This document shows positions 26,501 to 32,247 of a stretch of DNA of 32,247 bases, one piece after another. Where the stretch lies: assembly GCA_002796165.1 (NCBI GenBank), contig PCWF01000189.1, forward strand, positions 1 to 32,247, in the 5' to 3' direction. Both the position numbers and the translations under genes were made by a program. Positions within the stretch are counted from its first letter, which is position 1. Every line of letters starts with the position of its first letter. The notes under the pieces are model-generated. The model searched no databases. It had not been told where the DNA came from and saw nothing but the letters and a program-made list of their open reading frames with translations. The DNA is from Nitrospinae bacterium CG11_big_fil_rev_8_21_14_0_20_56_8 (GTDB lineage: Bacteria > Nitrospinota > Nitrospinia > Nitrospinales > VA-1).

Positions 26501-27951
26501 AGCCGCGCAATCAATTTTTGCGCGGGCTCAAGGTAAGTGGGGATGCCTTCGAAAAAATTGGTCTGGTTCTCATATGTTTTGGGAGGGGAAAGGTAATTGA
26601 TCATTTCTGAATTGTGCAGACGAAAGCCTCCAAATTGGCTCAGCTTTTCGGGTCTGGCGTACAGGGTCGCCCCAAAGAAACGGTGGTCCCAGGGGAGTTG
26701 GTCTGATAACTCTTTTATGTCCACCGTGAACCGCTTCAGTTTGGTTGAGAGAGAGGTGACTTTGGCCGAAAGGATTTTTGTAGGAAGCTCATTCAGTTTT
26801 CTGAATCCGGGGATTTCCGATTCGGCGCCGGAGGAAACGCCTTTTCCGATTGCGGCCAAATGGGGTAGGGCATTAAATACAATTTTATTGAGGCCTTTTT
26901 GGTTGGCGACATCGAGGGCCCTTCCATGAACAAAAACGATGACTTCCTCGAGAATAACCCCCTTGCCGGCACCCACTTTGTTGAAAAATTCCTTAAGCTG
27001 AATTCTCCAGACAGGTTCTTTGAATTCTTTTACCCTCTCCTGCGAAAAGACGGTTTTATCAATGACTCGCGATTCTCCTTTCCCGCCGATATTCTTCAAT
27101 CGCAAATTGATGGTATGCATTACGGTCGTCCCCGCAAAATGAAAATCAATCGTTTCTACGGGCGTCAGATCCATGTTCAGCCTTCGCTGAATAACCGTCC
27201 ATATCCGATCCTGTGTGTAATACCAGGAACCATCCTCGATATCGAGATTGAAAGCGCGGTCCAAAATGTACTTCAGTCCCTTTTTTCGCCAGAGAGCCGC
27301 GCCCACATCAATTACCTGATAGGGAAGGATCTCACTTTTTGTGGCGCTGATTCCCAGGATGGTGTTCTTTCTTGTGGGGTTTTTAGGAGACCCCGCAATC
27401 TGGAAATACAAGCGGGTGGGGTTTTCGGGGTTTAGGTCCTCATAGTCGAAATGAACTTCAGAAACCTTGGTGCTGTAAAAATTATTATCGTCGGGATGAG
27501 AAACCAGGGGTAGCTTGGTTAGACCTCCATTATTGGGCAACCATATTTTCTGATAAGGTTTCTTGTCACTTCCTGGTGAGTCCCTTAATAGCAAAGGGCG
27601 GGATTCATAGAGGATATCCTTTTCGTCCTGCCTGGCTCTTAAATTGGCCCAAACCTTATAAGTGCCGGGGGCGATCAGATCCTTGTTTTCTGCTTTTGAA
27701 AAGATAGGAACCCTGCTGTCTTCATAGGGGAAAGTACGGAGGGGGGAAGCTTCAGCAATCGAAAATGCCAAAACTACAGCGGTCAGACCCAAACCGATCC
27801 ATGCCTGTACGATGATGCAAATTACCGATTTCCATAGGAGTTCCGGCCCTGTTATAGAGTCTCTATTGAGGGAAGTGAATTTTGATTTGAATTCTGAAAT
27901 CAGGATTCCACCGTGAAGTGCCCAACCCGGAACCGGATCGGGGAAGAGCAA
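23509..27951 (-). CDS. Very large membrane protein of unknown function (N-terminal anchor, ~1085-aa ectodomain, C-terminal polytopic domain)
   Basis: A continuous 1480-codon ORF. The only start codon in the ORF before residue 260 is the TTG at 27951, and it has no SD. A hydrophobic helix spans residues about 41-66 (SVICIIVQAWIGLGLTAVVLAFSIA). The last roughly 328 residues (about 23512-24495) contain 8-9 hydrophobic segments. I recognise no family motif. Confidence 0.8.
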   Translation of the reverse strand: MLFPDPVPGWALHGGILISEFKSKFTSLNRDSITGPELLWKSVICIIVQAWIGLGLTAVVLAFSIAEASPLRTFPYEDSRVPIFSKAENKDLIAPGTYKVWANLRARQDEKDILYESRPLLLRDSPGSDKKPYQKIWLPNNGGLTKLPLVSHPDDNNFYSTKVSEVHFDYEDLNPENPTRLYFQIAGSPKNPTRKNTILGISATKSEILPYQVIDVGAALWRKKGLKYILDRAFNLDIEDGSWYYTQDRIWTVIQRRLNMDLTPVETIDFHFAGTTVMHTINLRLKNIGGKGESRVIDKTVFSQERVKEFKEPVWRIQLKEFFNKVGAGKGVILEEVIVFVHGRALDVANQKGLNKIVFNALPHLAAIGKGVSSGAESEIPGFRKLNELPTKILSAKVTSLSTKLKRFTVDIKELSDQLPWDHRFFGATLYARPEKLSQFGGFRLHNSEMINYLSPPKTYENQTNFFEGIPTYLEPAQKLIARLGGPFLPPKIEEEKVEWPKINFQFGFKNVPETIGYQSVFSGPRGLKLTGKEGGYFRVKSEWEKLVVDLLFLSKKGVVNAQIMDPAPAKSDQEFILTYNLEGPFKIEIQGSHSILPDKQILVKVKRGDSFPLMAIRALGNPVLSLASNDEKVISKNLEKPEETAPSTSMESSTGEANTGKNKKVTSKSSKKPEDPGISTSLESRTKKTSLPLAKQNTSQNFITGNLKGRISFTLEKVRSENDSRQIFDPIGLKSNKISFGKIRYPLNISYGPKFLDLTYKNKFDRFDQNQKGLVVKGEGEWLEMHFSKDIQVTPDTKFFIDISEGIQEISSIDFFPVHEAGPQKSRAILPLKANELELPTGRLLGFTLRFNFKNESSTLTLNEIILFTPTYITKKDALDEPLLFDENLVLEPTTTPGLSPEIGISFKNNNLIAAVKYDREKNKFPAVHWETPINVPFSKVSGLWVTYKLPKDLNFDSPCWLKLSLVTGSGSNSNVHCSIVTPTWNTLESNFYIPLNEIFFEQIHPDDQVKKIQWSVDLGSASESFIEHLGLAEFSIKAKLSGSHLFSPRKDLLRHHMVHLENQYIYPLPDSFKNIEAQTLLGNGFWIQLNDLDINYDETTNKTRLHYWEHPFFRVQQLLLQKSVSLSIFYSGKVKATSKNQWGSGSPPSNAVLNLQIVTVIALIIVLLYRLGTFKIARMFTQKFSRQFETARNQLNRWYQWALHNRVTLNRAIGFIALVPGLLLAGNSSGSIVTVLGRPIQVGSTFFWSTAILVLGVVWHEFRWRTDPSERGLPRNKFLFPQNPDTPTALLIFSLLVIGYVMANLGGVTGAKRSEMILPLISLGYFYLYWKNNIMNWLFGYPGQTLVWTGISFGLHEYHFSRELGLEESFFSFAPLFSILAWRSFVLAIRDRVDKYWPTLSSLIYEKYETKYILAFPFSVFLGFWLYEIGKIQLAEVLAVDGIYLLLVGIGIHVCMIPRRTEGLKPNPELGPENLSSV
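25897..26088 (-). repeat. Imperfect tandem duplication (96-nt period) inside the 1480-aa ORF encoding a Ser/Thr/Lys-rich linker
   Basis: The units start at 25897 and 25993. By hand count, 53 of the first 72 ungapped positions are identical. The encoded peptides are KPEETAPSTSMESSTGE... and KPEDPGISTSLESRTKK... Confidence 0.6.
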
Positions 27952-28503
27952 TGAATAGAGGCGTTATTTATGTTTCAAGAGAGGTTTCAGGTGAACGGCC
28001 GCTTCCCTTGAGCAAATTAACATAATGTTGCGTTCCCAAAGGAATTAGGATAATCTTTAACTCGATTTTCTTAGATAGCGATGCACTGTGGGTTTTAACT
28101 TGGACCCATGGACCCAATGTCCCGAGTTGTCGAAACTGATTTCAATGTGAGTTTCGGGTTGGCTCAACTAACCGGAACAACCGATCGCGGTTGAATCCGA
28201 TTTCCGGTGGGACCATTTTCGCTTCCTATAATACCGATAATAATATTTAAATCAAGATTCACTTTTCTGGGGTGGGTTGTTAAATCCGCTCGGTGATTCG
28301 GAAATTACCTTAAGGGAACCATTAAAAGGAGGGATCATTCCGCCTGAGGGTTTTTGTGTGGTTGCAATCCTCCCCTGGACACTTCAAAGGTTTTTTAACC
28401 CGCGCATCCCTGATCAATAACCGGTCGAGAAAATTCCCATCCCTAAAACCGTGTCCTCGAAAATCTCATCCAACTTAGGATTAATGCTATTGGAGCTCCA
28501 CTT

Positions 28504-30357
28504 ATGAGCGAGGGTACAATGCAGGTTGGCGGAAAAAACAAGCATTTTTACCCGGTTTTATTTTTACTGTTTGTTGCGCCCGCCATTTATGCGTCCCCCG
28601 ACTTTTTCACCCCCGATAAATACCTGAATATAGGCGATTTCGAATATCGCTTCCAGATTAATGATGTCTGGTTGGACGATTATTTCTACGCCTGGAATGC
28701 CCAGACCGATGATGGGCTTGGGGGGAAGAATTTGCCGCGTTTCCCCGTGCAGTTGTTTTTTTATTCAATCTTTGCAGGCTTGAAATTTATCGGTCTCCCC
28801 GATTGGATTTTGAATCGATTGTTTTTGCTCCTTCCGGCGTGGCTCCTTTTATTTTCCACCTATAGTTTTTTAAATTTTAACCTGACCGGTTACCTGAAAT
28901 ACGCGATGTCTGCATCAGGCGCGTTTTTTGTTCTGGTGGCCCCTCCGCACACATTTATTGCTCCCCTGTATCACCTCATACTTTCCGGAACCATCATGAT
29001 TCTTTGCGGGGTGCAACGGTACCTCGTTTCTCCCAAGGGATCCTACCTTTGCTTGATGGCCATAGGCCTTTTTCTTAGCTCCATCATGCCGAGATATCCC
29101 TATCTGGGATTTGTTTTGTCGTTAATATATGTGGTGGCCTGGTATTTGCTGAAACGTGGCGACGAGGACCTACTGAAACTTCCCGATCTATTCAAAGGTA
29201 TTTTCATTTTTGCCGGCATTGCCCTATTGCTTAACCTGAATATGATTTTGCCCTTGATCGTATTTTTCGGGGATCACTCCTCACGCGAATTGATGGTAAC
29301 CGAAGATGCGCTGAATTACCGGCTTGCCCTTTTCAACATGTTTCGGGGGTATACCGGGATTTTCAGTTCGATGAGGTTGATCGATTCCACCCCGGGAAGA
29401 ATTTACGAGTATTATTTTTCCCACAAAATCATCCGCCCGTTCACCTTTATCATTCCTCTTTTAATAGCCTTCGCTTTATTGAGGGTTTTTGTTAAGGGAG
29501 AAAACAAGCGTGTTCAGGCAATAGGGATCTTGCTTGTTTTTTCATGGGTCATCAATTTGATTTTTGGATCGGACTTCTATGCTTTGCTGGTAGGCATTAT
29601 TCCCGGGTTTTGGATTTTTAATAATCCAACCTACTATGTATCGATGATGGCCTTTTTTTCCGCGGTTCTCCTCACGTATGTTCTGCTGGAGATGGTTGAT
29701 TTTCTGATCCAGAAATGGGGCGAAAGGTGGAAACGATGGGTAGAAGCCGGAGGAATTGTCTTTTTTATCTCAATAATATTTATCCATTGCGGTTATTTTA
29801 TTGTGGATAAAATTCCCGAATCTCGGAGATTGTACGCGACTGCCGAATGGTTCGATCATGCCACCGGCGCCCGAGTTCCCTACTTTGAAATACCCCAAGA
29901 GTATTTCGACCTGAAAAAGACGATGGCTTCCGATCCGGAAGCCCGGGTGATGATTCTTCCCGAACTGTTCGGTTATACCCGGTACACTTGGTATCCCGTA
30001 TTGGCCATGCCTGAAATTCTGCATCAAATGACCACTTTGCGCCTGGGGGCGACTTCGGAGTTTGATTCGGCGTTTATAACAAATACAATTAATACTCTGA
30101 TGACCAATGTGGACAAGGCCCTTTTTTTGATGGGAAAGGGCAATTACAATTATATTTTTCTCCATAAGGATCTTCTCCCCCACTTTGGTCCGGTAAGATG
30201 GAAAAAATGGGCCGCCATACTTGGAGTCTCGAACTGTTTTCCAAAAGTAATGGATAACGACCATTTTATTTTCTACAAAATTGATTATTCATGCCGCCAA
30301 GTGAAGAAAGAGGCAGGTATCGGAACATCCATTGAAACCCCGTCAAAACCCTTGTGA
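28504..30357 (+). CDS. Polytopic membrane protein, GT-C-like architecture (function unproven)
   Basis: 617-aa ORF with GGAG 8 nt upstream of the ATG. It has about 12-13 hydrophobic segments over residues 15-450, then a roughly 170-aa hydrophilic C-terminal domain. The first predicted external loop is acidic (NDVWLDDYFYAWNAQTDDGLGG). Confidence 0.75.
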   Translation: MSEGTMQVGGKNKHFYPVLFLLFVAPAIYASPDFFTPDKYLNIGDFEYRFQINDVWLDDYFYAWNAQTDDGLGGKNLPRFPVQLFFYSIFAGLKFIGLPDWILNRLFLLLPAWLLLFSTYSFLNFNLTGYLKYAMSASGAFFVLVAPPHTFIAPLYHLILSGTIMILCGVQRYLVSPKGSYLCLMAIGLFLSSIMPRYPYLGFVLSLIYVVAWYLLKRGDEDLLKLPDLFKGIFIFAGIALLLNLNMILPLIVFFGDHSSRELMVTEDALNYRLALFNMFRGYTGIFSSMRLIDSTPGRIYEYYFSHKIIRPFTFIIPLLIAFALLRVFVKGENKRVQAIGILLVFSWVINLIFGSDFYALLVGIIPGFWIFNNPTYYVSMMAFFSAVLLTYVLLEMVDFLIQKWGERWKRWVEAGGIVFFISIIFIHCGYFIVDKIPESRRLYATAEWFDHATGARVPYFEIPQEYFDLKKTMASDPEARVMILPELFGYTRYTWYPVLAMPEILHQMTTLRLGATSEFDSAFITNTINTLMTNVDKALFLMGKGNYNYIFLHKDLLPHFGPVRWKKWAAILGVSNCFPKVMDNDHFIFYKIDYSCRQVKKEAGIGTSIETPSKPL

Positions 30358-30364
30358 GGTCCTC

Positions 30365-30574
30365 GTGCATTCCCTAACGATTTGTAAACCGTTTTTGCGA
30401 TTTTGGTTTTTATTTTTAATCGTATCCATGATGGTTTCAGGAGACGGCTGGGCGGCGGGAAAATCTGAACCGGAGATTTTAAATGATCTGGTGATGGACC
30501 GTTTGTTTGAAAAAAAGGAATTTGTAAATCCAGTTTTTTTTTGTTCAATTCCTGTGACGAGCCATGCCAGTTAG
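30365..30574 (+). CDS. Short ORF encoding a signal-peptide-like N-terminus; probable 5' half of the next gene
   Basis: The GTG at 30365 has GAGG (30356-30359) 5 nt upstream, and that SD overlaps the stop of the 617-aa gene. The peptide is HSLTICKPFLRFWFLFLIVSMMVSGDGWAAG.... The frame ends shortly after the T9 tract. Confidence 0.35.
   Translation: MHSLTICKPFLRFWFLFLIVSMMVSGDGWAAGKSEPEILNDLVMDRLFEKKEFVNPVFFCSIPVTSHAS
30534..30542 (+). repeat. T9 homopolymer at the junction of two overlapping ORFs in different frames
   Basis: Counted directly as cag-ttttttttt-gttc. Confidence 0.95.
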
Positions 30575-31296
30575 CCCAACTGGTACTGAAATCTTTTGGT
30601 TTCGAGATGATCGGAGCGGAAACCCAAATGAGGAATCTTTTCGCGATCCTGTATGGAGACCTGGGATTAATCGGCCTTCCTGAAATTCACGTTCACAAAA
30701 TCAACCCGACCAAATTTCTGTATTCGATCAAGAACGCCAAAGGTTCATTTTATATTCAGTTGAAGGAAGGGTATTCACCGGACTGGAAGGCATACCTGAT
30801 TCCCCAGCATGGAGTTGAAGGTGCAGAAAGCCCCATTCATTCTTCGGGTGTGGACCACCCCTTGATTACCTTTGGTGCTGATGAATTCATGATGAAACTT
30901 GGCAGAGAGGAATGCGGGGGGGAGAATTGCCGCACCGATTTTGAATGGGTATTGAGTGGAGAAATGAACAGGAGTTTAGTTTCCCGCCTGATAAGAGCGA
31001 TATTGGGGACGGATGGAATTGTGCAATGGCCGGAAAGTTTTCATTGGAATGAGAGCGGCCTTCATAATGTATGGTTTCTCGATTTGAGCTATTTGGAGGA
31101 TTTAAATGAGAAGACGGATCCCTTGTATAAAAAGAACCCGGATGGGACCTACGACCTCCATGTTTTAGTTGAATATTCCTACCAGAAATTCAGCTATTTA
31201 GGTTTGGTGAGCACGGTCGCAACGTTTGTATTCATTGGGATTTATTTCATTTTAGAGATGAGAACAACCCGGTCCTCACAAAAGACGGTCCCCTGA
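30541..31296 (+). CDS. Hypothetical exported/anchored protein (3' part of a probably split gene)
   Basis: 251-aa ORF. Its TTG start lies inside the T9 tract, and the first ATG is at 30607. The C-terminal anchor is LGLVSTVATFVFIGIYFIL followed by a basic tail. EGYSPDWKAYL is reminiscent of the C-terminal extracytoplasmic domains of YfhO-like proteins, but this is a weak, memory-based similarity. Confidence 0.6.
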   Translation: MFNSCDEPCQLAQLVLKSFGFEMIGAETQMRNLFAILYGDLGLIGLPEIHVHKINPTKFLYSIKNAKGSFYIQLKEGYSPDWKAYLIPQHGVEGAESPIHSSGVDHPLITFGADEFMMKLGREECGGENCRTDFEWVLSGEMNRSLVSRLIRAILGTDGIVQWPESFHWNESGLHNVWFLDLSYLEDLNEKTDPLYKKNPDGTYDLHVLVEYSYQKFSYLGLVSTVATFVFIGIYFILEMRTTRSSQKTVP

Positions 31297-31476
31297 AGAA
31301 TTTCAAATCAATTGCCTGCGTCAGCGGCATTGTCCCCCACCATGGTTTATCCCTCTGCATGAGAACGGATCGGATACCATCAAAAAACCGGGAATTTAAT
31401 TTCAAATCTAATTCGGGAAGCTTTTCTCAACACAAAAAAGCGGGATCATTTCCCATTCAATCCGCCTGAAAGAGTG

Positions 31477-32247
31477 ATGGACGAAAGAATTCAGATAAAC
31501 GGGGGTCGGGGGATAACGATGGTCACGGGTTTGATCCTTGTGGTCATGGCCACCTCCAAATACAGATCCTTACACACCTCCGTGTATGATTTAGGGGTTT
31601 TTTTTTCGAACTTATATCAGATTTCCATATTGGGGATCTGGAAGGGGATCTTTGTAGGGCACGTTCAACCGTTTCTCTTGATATGGGCCTTCATTTATGG
31701 TGTCTTCCCGGTAGAGTTTGCTCCTTACATACTTCTGAGCCTGCAAAGTTTGATGCTAGTTTTGCCGGGGTTCTGGTTGGCGAGGCAATATGGGATTTTG
31801 GGAGTTCTGGCCCTGGTTCTGTATTTCCCGATCTGGTACAACGCTCTCTTCGATTTTCATACGGACCATTTAGTTGTTCCCCTCCTGTTCTGGTTTTTCC
31901 TGCTGGTTGAAAAAAAGCAATATCGCCTTGCCGCGGTTCCCGCTCTGACCCTGGCCCTGGTCAAGGAGCCGTACGCACTTCAAACGGTGGCCTGTGGAAT
32001 ATTTCTTCTAATATGCAAGAAGGAGTATCGGACGGGGACCCTGATCGCCTTGGCGGGCATTGTCTATTTTTTGCTGTGCACCAAAGTTTTGATCCCCTAT
32101 TTTTCCCTGGGAGGCGGGAGCGAAGTTTTAGGGACATCGGCCTATTCCTGGTTGGGGAGCGGAATTTTTGAGATGATGCACCATGTTCTGACAAGTCCTT
32201 TTGCGGTTTTAAAAGAAATTTTGTGGAGCAGGGAAAAGTTATACTAT
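31477..32247 (+). CDS. Polytopic membrane protein, DUF2079-like, truncated by window end
   Basis: This ORF is not in the supplied track. My own translation from the ATG at 31477 is open for 257 codons to the window edge: MDERIQINGGRGITMVTGLILVVMATSKYRSLHTSVYDLGVFFSNLYQ...GHVQPFLLIWAFIYGVFP.... It has at least 6 hydrophobic segments. The pattern of TM1, then YDLG, then H-x-x-P matches my memory of DUF2079. Confidence 0.65.
   Translation, partial: MDERIQINGGRGITMVTGLILVVMATSKYRSLHTSVYDLGVFFSNLYQISILGIWKGIFVGHVQPFLLIWAFIYGVFPVEFAPYILLSLQSLMLVLPGFWLARQYGILGVLALVLYFPIWYNALFDFHTDHLVVPLLFWFFLLVEKKQYRLAAVPALTLALVKEPYALQTVACGIFLLICKKEYRTGTLIALAGIVYFLLCTKVLIPYFSLGGGSEVLGTSAYSWLGSGIFEMMHHVLTSPFAVLKEILWSREKLYY

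Noticed and set aside
31309-31333. Bulged hairpin (CAATTGCC ... GGCATTG) after the stop at 31296, considered as an intrinsic terminator
   Set aside because: The stem is short and bulged and no U-tract follows, so there is insufficient support.
1-32247. Looked for CRISPR arrays, tRNA/rRNA, transposase or integrase genes, terminal inverted repeats, toxin-antitoxin pairs and defence genes
   Set aside because: None was seen. Every ORF of at least 170 aa that I accept as coding is either a glycan, tailoring or SDR-type enzyme or a membrane protein. The repeats found are short and lie inside intergenic spacers or a single gene.

Overview
This 32.2-kb bacterial window is almost entirely coding, with about 25 credible CDS. 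I saw no rRNA, tRNA, CRISPR array, transposase or integrase. All family calls come from motif recognition by eye; no search was run.

The window reads as a surface-glycan (O-antigen, EPS or glycoconjugate type) biosynthesis island in four blocks.

(i) 520-10579 is a nine-gene minus-strand operon with tight or overlapping junctions. It encodes:
- a GDP-mannose 3,5-epimerase-like SDR
- two tandem CDP-tyvelose/paratose 2-epimerase-like SDRs, one with Phe in place of the catalytic Tyr
- a DegT-type aminotransferase
- a Gfo/Idh/MocA oxidoreductase
- a NeuD/PglD-type acetyltransferase
- a membrane-anchored GT2
- a NodU/CmcH-type carbamoyltransferase
- a GT4

(ii) 11095-19433 is an unusual tailoring cassette with three radical SAM enzymes. 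Two look like B12-binding class B enzymes and one is SPASM/twitch-like. They are interleaved with a TM-anchored EEP phosphoesterase, a pentapeptide-repeat protein, an aldo/keto reductase and an SDR.

(iii) 19767-23523 encodes a nucleotide-sugar 6-dehydrogenase, a GT2 and a GT4.

(iv) 23509-32247 is a block of large membrane or exported proteins whose function I cannot assign. It encodes:
- a 1480-aa protein with an N-terminal anchor, a roughly 1085-aa ectodomain and a C-terminal polytopic domain
- a 617-aa GT-C-like polytopic protein
- a protein with a signal peptide and a C-terminal anchor, split at a T9 homopolymer
- the 5' part of a DUF2079-like membrane protein

No initiating phosphoglycosyltransferase, Wzx, Wzy, Wzz, ABC exporter or Wza is recognisable.

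The best candidates for undescribed biology are the radical-SAM cassette (block ii) and the orphan membrane-protein module (block iv). After these come the GME plus double Tyv-like epimerase set and the T9 frameshift or recoding site.
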